Under the pieces are notes generated by a model. That model ran no database searches and was not told where the DNA came from. It was given only the letters and a program-made list of their open reading frames with translations. Shown here in pieces: positions 1 through 10,049 of a stretch of DNA of 64,000 nt; the first letter of the stretch is position 1, and each line of letters starts with the position of its first letter. Origin of the DNA: Fistulifera solaris (Eukaryota); the NCBI GenBank assembly GCA_030295235.1, contig AP026128.1:1116001-1180000 (forward strand), given 5' to 3'. Position numbers and translations under genes: made by a program.

Positions 1-484
1 TGTCCCGCCGCAACTTGGAGAGTTGTAATCGAATCACCGTCTAGCAGAGGAATCGAAGTGTAAGTAGCGGGTGGTTGACGTTGTGTCAAGGAACGCGCAT
101 CGAGCTGCCAGACTAGGAAGTCTCCATTATCTTTGTTTACAGCATATACAAAGGCAGTTCGTGGAGATTGTGGGTCAGTGTGTATTTTGGTAACGGTTTT
201 GTCGTACACTAGTTTGGGGTGCACTAACGAGAGGGTAGCTAAAGAGAGCTTTTGATCCCCAAGAGTTGCCTTTGGAGGAGCATACCAGACTTTTAATTCC
301 GTAGATAAAACAAGACAATTCCAGCGCAATCTTGCAGCTCCTGAAATATAAAAACTGTCCTCGGATAAGATACTTTCCGGCAAAGGGAAACAACATCCAT
401 CGACCAAGGCACGTCAGCGGTTGGTGTCTGAATGCTGCGATGGGTTTCTGTTCCCTGCAACCTTCCGGGCGAAGAGAAGGTCAT
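1..484 (-). CDS. 5' part of a gene running off the window edge; possibly a Nup133-like N-terminal beta-propeller; one apparent frameshift near 385
   Basis: ATG at 484 (MTFSSPGRLQ...DVVSL). After a 1-bp shift the frame stays open to base 1 (PESILSEDSFYISGAARLRWNCLVLSTELKVWY...FVYAVNKDNGDFLVWQL...). WxCLV-x4-LxVW recalls the Nup133 N-terminus, by eye only. Confidence 0.4.
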
Positions 485-937
485 TTGCTAGTCCTCTTTG
501 ATTGATGCGGCTTTATTGTAGGGGAGGGATTGTTGTCAATGCCGTTGATAAGCCCATCACTGCTCTCCTTTCGAAGCGTCACACCATTTTCATATTGCTT
601 GGGAGGCTCGTCGCGGCTCGCGGTGCTCTTGGCTCAATTAGATATAGTTTTCCGCTTAGTAATTTGAGTACCGCTATAGCTTTTAGCTAGCAGGATACGG
701 TACTAAAGAATTAATCGCAAAACGTGCGACGAACGACGAACGAATGAGACGAAAATAAACGTTCGACGACAAAAATATTATGATTGACATCGTTGGCTTT
801 TCTCTTCAAGTCCATCAACTTGTTACTCATCTCTAGGCTCTAAACTCGACTAATACACGGCCTTTCGTCGTCAAGAACCTGTCTTGGTCGTATTCGTATT
901 GTTGCGTTGATACTTCACCAAACACTTGTCTTTAAAA

Positions 938-2414
938 ATGGCCCTGCGAACGATACTCGCTTACTTGTTGCTATTCACGCATTCCTCCACGGCGGGTCCG
1001 TTTGGCGGTTCAAACAACAAACAAAAATCCTCTTCTACCAGATCCAAAGACGAATTTACCACAACCTTCCTTACACGCACCTTTCTCTGTTATATCGACC
1101 ATTGTTTTGGCACAAAAAACAAAAGGTGCCGACGGCATTTCGGCGCCAACGACAGTCTCATGGGATATTCAATCGGGTTGTATGCTCGTACCGAACGGAG
1201 ACGCTCGGGAAGCTCCTCTATGGTGTGGACGCGCCCAGTGGTCATCACCCCAAAGTCTGCCGCTCTGGAATACACTGGCGTTACTCAGCGATTTGCTCAT
1301 TGTGGTCGTCGAATCGCCCGATCCAACGCCCGATCCTCCATCCGACTGTATGCAGGCACTCGTCGATGGCTTGCGACAACGCGTGCATGCGGCAGGATTA
1401 CCGAAAGGAAGATTGATTATACTGCGGAATCATCTGGCGACACTAGAAGAAATAGGAGAATGGAAGGAACATTTAGACACATCACTGGGTCTTTCTTCGA
1501 AGTTGTCACCGGAATTGTTGCAACTATTTTTCGTTTCCTCGGGAAATTCGTTTAAAGAAGCGTTGCAAGATACGATATGGGATGCAGTTCAAGCACAAGG
1601 TGTTTGTGAGATTTTGAGAAATGACGTGGAAGCATTTGCCCCTCTTTTTCAGCGGGTCTTTCATTCCAAAGGTGGTCTGCAAGAATCGAACGTGTTGGAA
1701 AAACAGGTATCACGATCGCTCTTCCCCCCGCGACTAATGAAAGAGACGGAACTTACGCCGTTTGATTTGGGATTGCGCGAATCGGCTATGGCTGCGTTAC
1801 GAATAGTACAGTCGACACAAGAACAGGCGTGTCTCGATTCGGAAAAGAGTCTGCTCGATTTTTCGTCGTTGGTAGACCCCATTTTGGATGATCTGGCTCA
1901 AAACCTGAATCTACTCTCATCACCACAAGCCAAACGAGTCATGGAAGGGCAAATACGCGAGAGAGTTATACATCTTTACGATCATCACCTGCGATCACTA
2001 CGGGACTACTTTGGCACCATGTACGAAGATCTCCTCGATGAGAATTTACAAAAGCCGGCTCACTGGCCCGAGTTTGCCAGAATTGTGAAAAGTGCTTTCT
2101 TAGAACGCGCAGCAGATGCTGTTCCACAAAAGGCGAGAGAAACTGGGATCTTTCACTACTGGCAATTCGATTACAGCAAAGCCTTGGTGGGCTTGTTGCA
2201 GGACATGACGGAAATCACCGAGTTACGGAGACAAGATGACGACATGCTCGCAGAAGAACCAGAAGAACGTCGCATACCGAAATGGGCCGAGCAACTGGGC
2301 GCCCGAGCGTTAATGTTTGGAGTGAACTACTTGCAAGGATGGCTAGCCTTACAAGGGCTTCGACAGGCCGCGTTAGAGCGCGAGCGAAATTTACCAAAAT
2401 TTCCCTTATTTTAG
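938..2414 (+). CDS. Signal-peptide-bearing hypothetical protein, weakly Sey1/RHD3-like; frameshift in the 5' part
   Basis: ATG 938 gives a signal-like MALRTILAYLLLFTHSSTAG in one frame; the 470-aa ORF 1002-2414 is in another. LALLSDLLIVVV and a long helical C-half resemble RHD3/Sey1, but no intact P-loop is visible. Confidence 0.5.
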
Positions 2415-2566
2415 AAACTTCTGTTTATTAGCATATTCCCATTGTGGAGTGTGAATTACGGAGTACAAATTACATTTACATGGTGTCACTTTAAGATGCG
2501 ATAAAGCGTTGTTGTGAAGAGGCACTGTAGCTCTGGTCTTGGATGTAGGGCACCAATCTTGTTCCG

Positions 2567-3685
2567 TTATCTCATCAACAGATCATCACGATCCTCAAAA
2601 GGCTGGAAAGCGTAGGATCCAGAAGGATCCCGATGATGGATCTGCCCTGACCGAGATGGAGGTTTGACATTCGGAACTTGTTTGGTGTCGGCATTGTTGA
2701 CTTCGTCCATGTGCCGGAGTTGACGAGGTCGTTTTTGCGACGATCGAAACTGCTCACTCCGACGTGGACCCGGTGGGATCCAGTAATCAAGAATATTGTA
2801 GCCCAGGCAAAAGCAAGCTTCTTGAGCCCCGGTACTGGGGTCATTCTCTTCGGAAAAGGAGTTATCGGTTGTTGGTGGCCTGCGGTCGTGTCGGTCACTC
2901 ATGTTTTCCGGTCGTCGTTCCGACATCATGGTTCCATTATTACCAGTTCCTCGGCGAGGATTGACCATCATTCGACTGTACGGTCGTTGTTGTGTCTCCA
3001 TAGTATCGTGCGGGGCGACACCGCAATCATAAAGAGGGAATTCGGCCTGACATTTTTCTTCCGCCGGATGTTCATTGGTTCGGTGCGAATACCTCGATCG
3101 AGAGCGCTGACGTTCGTGACGAGCAAAGTTCTGGGGAAGACAATGGGCATTTCCTGCTGACATATTTTCGGTAGAATCCAGTCGATAAATGGTTTGATCT
3201 TTGGTGGTGGGACACGAGCTGCTGGCGGCCGTGGCGAGAGTGATATCATCTTTCTCAACAGCATAAGCGAAATCACGCGACTCGGCATGACCGAGCACCA
3301 TTAGTTCGGGCTTTCGTTCCGGACGAACCTCCAGGCCGTGATCCAGTTTCTCTAATTGAAGCAGCATCGATCGCTGCCATGGTTGCGTTAAGTCAATGTT
3401 GATACCTCGGTCCTTGACAACGGATGCGTACGAATATCGATTTTTGTAGTGACTGGCAGGAGCAGCTGTGGAGTCTCCGTGATCCGACTTGCTCTCTTCG
3501 AATCGCTTGGATTGAAATCGATTGTGTGAAAAGGAGGGTTCCTCTTCAAAGGCATCCGTTTCATCTTCCATTGTACCGAGGGCTGTCATGGATGCTGTAG
3601 TATCATGATCACTATCGAGACTGTGAATAACAGCATGATCGTCCATTATTTCCATAGAAAAGGCATCACCACTGGTATTCTCCAT
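2567..3685 (-). CDS. Hypothetical low-complexity protein (372 aa)
   Basis: Long ATG-started ORF with no recognisable domain. Confidence 0.65.
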   Translation of the reverse strand: MENTSGDAFSMEIMDDHAVIHSLDSDHDTTASMTALGTMEDETDAFEEEPSFSHNRFQSKRFEESKSDHGDSTAAPASHYKNRYSYASVVKDRGINIDLTQPWQRSMLLQLEKLDHGLEVRPERKPELMVLGHAESRDFAYAVEKDDITLATAASSSCPTTKDQTIYRLDSTENMSAGNAHCLPQNFARHERQRSRSRYSHRTNEHPAEEKCQAEFPLYDCGVAPHDTMETQQRPYSRMMVNPRRGTGNNGTMMSERRPENMSDRHDRRPPTTDNSFSEENDPSTGAQEACFCLGYNILDYWIPPGPRRSEQFRSSQKRPRQLRHMDEVNNADTKQVPNVKPPSRSGQIHHRDPSGSYAFQPFEDRDDLLMR

Positions 3686-4929
3686 GGTTGCGTGTTAGTG
3701 AAATGAAGAAAACTTATTATTTGTAGAACAACTAATCAAGAAACGACGAGTTGTGACATCCGTTTCGAAGATTGCATGACGACAAAAGAATTCGGCACGA
3801 CCGCAGTCAACGCACGATGTTATTAGGATGAATCTTCCGCTGTAAGTCTAACTTGATGTTTTTCATGCGTTGAGACGTTGTGGGATCGCATAGTAAGGGA
3901 TCAACATTTAGACGATTGTTTTCGCGCACCTCGTGCCGTCATGTGTCATGGTGATCGTTCTTTGCGAAAATTAATAAATAAAAATAAAAAGTAAAAGCGC
4001 ATTTGGACGAGAAAATCTTTGCACTGGTTATCTCGGTTAAATAGCCGGTGAACGGAAAGTTTTAATTAAACGATCAGCTGGAACTATAACTTAAAAAGTA
4101 TATTACTTTTTGTCCCGACTCAACTCATTTTCAGTCCCGGAAATTATTGACCGCATTGATTTCAATGAGATGCAAGATGCAACCCCCACCCGCGGGCATC
4201 ATATCAAGACCTACAACTATTACACGATACCACTGTAATTGATCATGATTGTCTTGGCATGATTCTTGTCAAGGATATCTTTGAAATGAGGTTAGGTTTG
4301 ACTGCATATCATTGTGTCCATACTGAGGTGCTAAAGCGAAACACGGAACAAGGCGAATGAACAATGAATGAAAAGCAAAGTTGTGCATCGCACAACAGGG
4401 AACTTTTCAGAAAGTTGTCAGTCAAGTGAAACGAGCAAGACAAGCCTGTATGTGAATATTTACGAGCTCAACAAGCTTCCTTGAATCGTTCCGTGTCTAT
4501 TTTTGTGAATCCGAAAGTCTATGCTGCTATCAAATAAATATCAGGATGTTCTCTCTATGATCCTCAAAAGGAATTTGGTGACGACCTCACAAGTACGAGG
4601 AATTCAATGCTTGTAGCTGGAGTCAAGTCGGATGCTCGGAGTCCTAGTTTTTTCGTGGCTGCGGTGGCGAGAATAAGATGGCAGACCTCGTACAATGGAG
4701 ACTGGACCTCTTAATCCGATAACGGCCACTCTTTGCAGCATTCTCAAGAAAGATACCAATCGCTTGCCATTGCACCACGCCAATCAAGAAGAATCCTCCC
4801 TGAATCGTCTTCGATACAATGGTATCCATTCGCCTACGACAAAAAGTCTATTCATTCTATGCACTTCACTCTTTCTAGTCAGTGATCCCTTTTCTGCTAG
4901 CTGCTTATGAATGCCAGGTAGAAGCAAGA

Positions 4930-6252
4930 ATGGAAATTTTTCTGGGAGAACCGTATCTACAAATAAAACTGCCCAACTACGACCAAGAACGAGCTCACAT
5001 TTACTGGTTGTTGATACTTTCGACCTTCTTTTGGCTCATTCTCTTTCCTTTGACTTGGCTTCCACGTTCTATCGCTAGAACTATTACTCCCGCGGATGAG
5101 AAAATAACAAACAACAAGAAGAAATCAAAACAGAAAACTGTGGAAGTGAAGATCACTACAGCGGCACCGCCAGCGCCGCCTTTGTCACCAATCTACTCCT
5201 CACTGGGCTTGGTTCTTTCTACTATCATCCTACTATTTTATTCCCCGCACAATTACTTTACGAGTCGGCAAGTGTTCGAAGCACCACTCTTCACGAAAGA
5301 GGAATGTCAACATGTGATTCAAATGGCGGAACGAGCTGCTTTGCAAAATTACGAAACTGCTTCGCGAGAGAACAAAGCTCACGACACGCTGCTAATGCCA
5401 CCGGGAGGGTGGCAAAAGACACGACACGGTTCCTATCCTACCACGGATCTGAACTTGGTCACGGACCCCTTTACCAAGGAAGACCGTCAATGGCTTTCGG
5501 ATCGATTGGACAGTCGACTAGCTCCCATGTTGTCTCGCGTGTATGGTGTGCCAATCAAAAGCCTTCGCGCTGCTGACATGTTCTTGGTACGATACGATGG
5601 AGATCAGCGCAATTTCCTGGAATATCACACCGACAGTGGGGACATATCATTCAATGTGCTTCTGAATCAAGATTTCGAAGGCGGAGGGACACGTTTTTGG
5701 AATCGAGCGATCGATCAACCTTTCGCCCATGTGCATCCTACTCAAGTGGGCGATGTTCTTGCGCATTCGGCACAGATCCATCATGAAGGGTATCCAGTGA
5801 CAAATGGGACGAGAATTATTCTGGTAGGATTTATATCGGTGGACAATGTGGATCCTTTCACCGGGGCCTCGACCGGTTTGAGCTGGTTCGCATCGTGGGG
5901 CTGCTTGAACTGGCTGGATCATAAAGTGAGGAGTCTCCACAACAAAAGCCTAGATCGATTAGCGAAGCCTTCCGAGCGACAGAGTGTCGAGGTGGGAGAT
6001 AGTGCGTATATGCGGGGTTTCTTTCTCCACTTGACTCATTTGTTTCGTGGACTTGGTGATCGTTTCACACGCCACGACGTAAAAAGATTAGTGGCTGAGA
6101 CGGATCGAGATGCATATCTTACCTCTCTGAATGTTGCGCAAAGGGGGGCATCATGGTACAAAGGCCAGCAAATTATTGTCGGCTTGGACGGTCGAATTAC
6201 AACCGAATGGAATTCACGTCAAAATCGTAGTGATTCCTTTAAAGACCTGTAG
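4930..6252 (+). CDS. Membrane-anchored 2-oxoglutarate/Fe(II) dioxygenase (PLOD/prolyl-hydroxylase-like)
   Basis: FLVRY...YHTD (HxD), FNVLLN..FEGGGTRF, distal H in HHEG and R in GTRIILVGF; two N-terminal hydrophobic segments; first ATG at 4930. Confidence 0.85.
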   Translation: MEIFLGEPYLQIKLPNYDQERAHIYWLLILSTFFWLILFPLTWLPRSIARTITPADEKITNNKKKSKQKTVEVKITTAAPPAPPLSPIYSSLGLVLSTIILLFYSPHNYFTSRQVFEAPLFTKEECQHVIQMAERAALQNYETASRENKAHDTLLMPPGGWQKTRHGSYPTTDLNLVTDPFTKEDRQWLSDRLDSRLAPMLSRVYGVPIKSLRAADMFLVRYDGDQRNFLEYHTDSGDISFNVLLNQDFEGGGTRFWNRAIDQPFAHVHPTQVGDVLAHSAQIHHEGYPVTNGTRIILVGFISVDNVDPFTGASTGLSWFASWGCLNWLDHKVRSLHNKSLDRLAKPSERQSVEVGDSAYMRGFFLHLTHLFRGLGDRFTRHDVKRLVAETDRDAYLTSLNVAQRGASWYKGQQIIVGLDGRITTEWNSRQNRSDSFKDL

Positions 6253-6566
6253 ACCATAGGTCGAATCAATCTAATTTATATAATACGTTGTATGCAAGTA
6301 ATGGTATGAAGATAATAAGCCGGTATCACGTCTAAGTCAAATTATCTAGTCACGAGTGGTAATTTCGTTGCATGTTGTTTTTGCCGTCAGCAACTTGTCA
6401 ACAAAAAACTTGCTGATCTATGATTTGTGTGATTTGTATGATTTGTGTCAGTAGAAGACAATGAATACTACCACATCCATTATAATACGCTCCGCAGTGA
6501 TGGCGTCGCTCTTTTGTTGGCCCTTTACCACACTCAAACACCCTCGAACTGCGACCCCAACGAAGC

Positions 6567-8033
6567 ATGCGGCAGACGCTGAGAAATCGTATCTACCGTC
6601 CCGTCAAACAAATACTTTGGCCGAATACACTCTCTGATCTCAGCCGAGAAGAGCAGCTTCCGCCCGGCCCACTGGGTTGCCCCATTCGCGGCCTGAATCC
6701 GCGTCTGTCGAGTCCCTCGTTCGGACCCGGTCTGTTGTTTTATCAAGTCTCCCAGAAAGTAAAACATGCACGAGTCTTCAAAATTTTCAGTCAACGAAAA
6801 GGCATAGCCGTCGTGTCGGGTTATCAGAATACCAAAACGGTCTTATCCCAAGAATTCTCGGCCGTCGTTCCGCAATCGGTTCCATTCACGGCCAAAATTG
6901 TGGGAAGTCACTCGTTGCGATGTGCCGACAATAAACAACGACACAGCGAATTACGAAAATTGGTAGGAGCCGCTGTGCAACCGAACCGTGTGCGGGATAT
7001 GGTTCCGGCCTTGCAACACATTGCCGAATCCGTACTCGAGCAACAGTCTTCGACTACTATGCAAATGGAAGATGTGTGTACCAGTTTTGCTTTAGATGTT
7101 GCGTGGAGACTCATTATTGGCTTGCAAGACATGGATCAAATCTCAATCTTTCGATATCACGTGAAAGCTTGGTTGAGAGGGATCTACTCGGGAGCGAACG
7201 ACGATTGGCAGACATCCCGACAATTTCTAGTCAATCAAATTGAGAAGAAGCTACAGTACTTGGAACAGAATGGACCCGATGAGTCCACAGTGAGCGGCAT
7301 GTTGTTTGCAACGGAAGAGAATGAAAGGAAAGCCACCAAAGAAGAAATCATCGATAATGTTTTATTACTGATCCTGGCAGGAACCGAAACATCCGCGGCG
7401 ACTTTGACGAACTGTATGCTTCTTGCCGGCCTGCGACCGGATGCATGGCAAAAGGTTGTGCAAGAACAGCAAGAAATGATTGAGAAATATGGTCCGCAAC
7501 TTTCGTACGAGGCTCTAGAGAACGATTGTCGCTACACGGACGGTGTTGTTCGTGAATCACTGCGAATCAAACCCACGACGGGCGGTTCCATGCGTGGAAC
7601 GGCTTCCACAATTGTGGTCGATGGATATCAGATTCCTGCCGGCTGGGGGATTACGTACGATCGATATTTGACGCACCTGTTGGATCCTATCTCTCGAGAA
7701 AAAGACGAACTTCACATGGACGTTCGCCACGGATTTCGACCGGAACGATGGCTGGATGAAGCGACGCGGCCGGGTCAAGAGTTTCTTCCATTTGGAGTCG
7801 GGCCACGATACTGTCTCGGGGCCGAGCTTGCCATGTGTGAGATGAAAGTTTTCTTATCCGTTTTAGCTAGACAAATGCCCTCGTTTGAGTTGATCTACCC
7901 TTCCATAGACGAGAGCATACGGTGGCGCCAAAAAGCTATTATACCTATTCCTGAGAAGGGTGTTTTAATACGTCGAACCAGTCTTTCTTCAGAGCTTACA
8001 GCACAAGAACAGGTACCGGTAGCGTCTCTTTGA
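6567..8033 (+). CDS. Cytochrome P450 (true start may be ATG 6461 via an indel, adding a targeting presequence)
   Basis: PPGP hinge, I-helix AGTETS, ExxR (ESLR), PERW and heme motif FGVGPRYCLG. Confidence 0.95.
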   Translation: MRQTLRNRIYRPVKQILWPNTLSDLSREEQLPPGPLGCPIRGLNPRLSSPSFGPGLLFYQVSQKVKHARVFKIFSQRKGIAVVSGYQNTKTVLSQEFSAVVPQSVPFTAKIVGSHSLRCADNKQRHSELRKLVGAAVQPNRVRDMVPALQHIAESVLEQQSSTTMQMEDVCTSFALDVAWRLIIGLQDMDQISIFRYHVKAWLRGIYSGANDDWQTSRQFLVNQIEKKLQYLEQNGPDESTVSGMLFATEENERKATKEEIIDNVLLLILAGTETSAATLTNCMLLAGLRPDAWQKVVQEQQEMIEKYGPQLSYEALENDCRYTDGVVRESLRIKPTTGGSMRGTASTIVVDGYQIPAGWGITYDRYLTHLLDPISREKDELHMDVRHGFRPERWLDEATRPGQEFLPFGVGPRYCLGAELAMCEMKVFLSVLARQMPSFELIYPSIDESIRWRQKAIIPIPEKGVLIRRTSLSSELTAQEQVPVASL

Positions 8034-8182
8034 GCATGTTGCCTCTTCGAATGATAAAAGACGAAGTGAGACACCTACAAGTAAAGGACACTACCTGTTA
8101 CATCCGGTAGAAGAATACTCTGACACACTAACAAATATATTAATCTGTTCATTATAATTCATCATACTCCGTAGTTGCTCAA

Positions 8183-8849
8183 TTACTTTGCTTCCATACC
8201 TCGACGAATTTTCTCGGCTGTATCCGCATTACCATCCGGACCCATCGGATCTTTTGAGGGATCTGGCTCAAACACAACTTCGGGTGTTCCGACCATTTCC
8301 CACATGCGAACTTCCAAATAAGCATCTAACGCTACCATTTCATCTTCTGCCATTTCAATTAATTCTTCCACTTGTCCCATGCGGCACGCATCTTCCACTG
8401 CCTCCGGATCATCCGGATTTGCCTTGGCTTGCGCAATTACGAAGTTACACCATTTCGTCACATCAATTCGATATTGGGCCGTACTGGGCATATCCGATGC
8501 TTCCATCTTATCCAGCAGAGCTTGGAACTTCTCTAGCATTACATTGTACCAATCTGGCTGCACAGCAAGGCCGACCTGTAATAGAATTTAACAACAACTC
8601 GAAACGTAAGAAAAAGGTAAAAATATCTTTCGCGTTTTCGTACTGCTGTATTACACGAAAACTCAGCGACGATCGATCCAGACTTACGTATCCTGTCGAA
8701 GTCTTGCCCTTATTAATGCCCGGAACGAATGATTCACGAGAAGTCGCAACATCCGAAAACCGCTGTCCTGTCAAGACCGGAGGATTGCAGGGAAGTCTTC
8801 GACAAACTGTGGCGCGCATCAGCGCCGGGAGAACTCGTCGACTCATCAT
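8183..8849 (-). CDS. NDUFA5: NADH:ubiquinone oxidoreductase subunit A5 (B13); 2 exons, intron 8576-8687
   Basis: Arg-rich mitochondrial presequence. Spliced product reads KTSTGY|VGLAVQPDW...MPSTAQYR...GQVEELIEMAEDE...MWE. Splice sites are GTAAGT/TTACAG. Confidence 0.9.
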
Positions 8850-9375
8850 TATTATTGTGAACACTCTATTGATCGAATAATAAACAAATACTTCGAATGA
8901 ATGGGTTTATTGCTGTTATTATCCGCCCCAATCGCGTTATTGGCAATTGGCACTTCATGGGCGTTGCGGTGTAATGCGAAGTGCGGTTGGAGGGCGGTGG
9001 AAGGCCAGATCGTTGCGATTGTGACGTTGACAGTGACGTTGGCATAGATGTGGGACTGTAGTTTCAATGTGTATGTACAACTTTCCACGACTGCATTTCA
9101 GTCATGAGTATCAATTGGAATATAGCTCCTTCCTCACTACCTTCCGTCGGTTTTGCAAGCTTGATTGACTCTAATCGCATTATTCAAGACGATAGCACTA
9201 TCTTCGCAGCATTTGAACTTCATCGCTTGACAAATTCGGCAGAAAAGCGGCGCCGATCGTGCTCTTTCACGGTTACTATAGGCCAAAGTGTTGTCCGTTT
9301 TCGCCATGACTGCATTCTGTCACGGATGAATCATCGAAAATTGAAGAGATGCTTTCGTTTACGATCCAAAACACT

Positions 9376-9580
9376 GTATCCAGAATTTCTGGAACGTTCA
9401 CTTGCTTTCATGATGATCCAAATAACCGTGTTCAGAGTTTCTGGAAACGTCCACAGCATTTCGGTATGATCGAAAAACCTGGTCCAGAATTTCTGGAGAT
9501 CTACAGATTTTCTGTATGATCAGAAGTAACGTATCCAGAATTTCTGGAATACATCCTCCAGAATTTCTGGAAAAATTTTC
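9376..9580. repeat. Degenerate ~52-bp array with TCCAGAATTTCTGGA palindromic core
   Basis: Cores at ~9378, 9431, 9483, 9534, plus one at ~9557. Confidence 0.8.
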
Positions 9581-9642
9581 ATTCATCATTACATTGAGGA
9601 ATTCATTGCCTTGATCTTTTTTACACTCCAAACTCTACAATC

Positions 9643-10042
9643 ATGCCCTTGGTAAAGCTATTTGCTCACAGAAATCTAACAAAGGCGGTACCTTTGGCCA
9701 GCATTCAAAGTAAACTTTGTGAGATATGGGGGACCACGCCCGACACAACGAAACTCATGCTGTTCCGCTGTGAAGATTGGACTGACGAAAGTTTCCAGGA
9801 GGACATTTACGTCGATATTCGGGCCTACGGTAAGAAATGTCTGGTTCTGCTCACATTACAAGCGCTTCAAGGCTCACGAGAGCTTATATTATGTAGGCAA
9901 ACCTGAGCGCACCCGGGAAATGGTTCTGTATGGAATGAAAGATGTTCACCAAGCTTTTCGTGATCACAATTTAGTCGCCAACGTTCGACTGGAAACATAT
10001 GAAGGCGATCGCTACTTTCATTTACCGCCGACGAAAGTCTAG
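9643..10042 (+). CDS. Small tautomerase/MIF-superfamily-like protein (~110 aa); intron 9830-9896
   Basis: Met-Pro start (MPLVKLF), beta-alpha-beta pattern and YVDIRAYGKPERT spanning a GTAAG...TAG intron. Confidence 0.7.
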
Positions 10043-10049
10043 GTAATTG

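Noticed and set aside
4930..8033. Domoic-acid (dab)-type cluster suggested by the dioxygenase plus P450 pair
   Set aside because: No DabA-like N-prenyltransferase nearby, and the dioxygenase is a membrane-anchored PLOD-like type.
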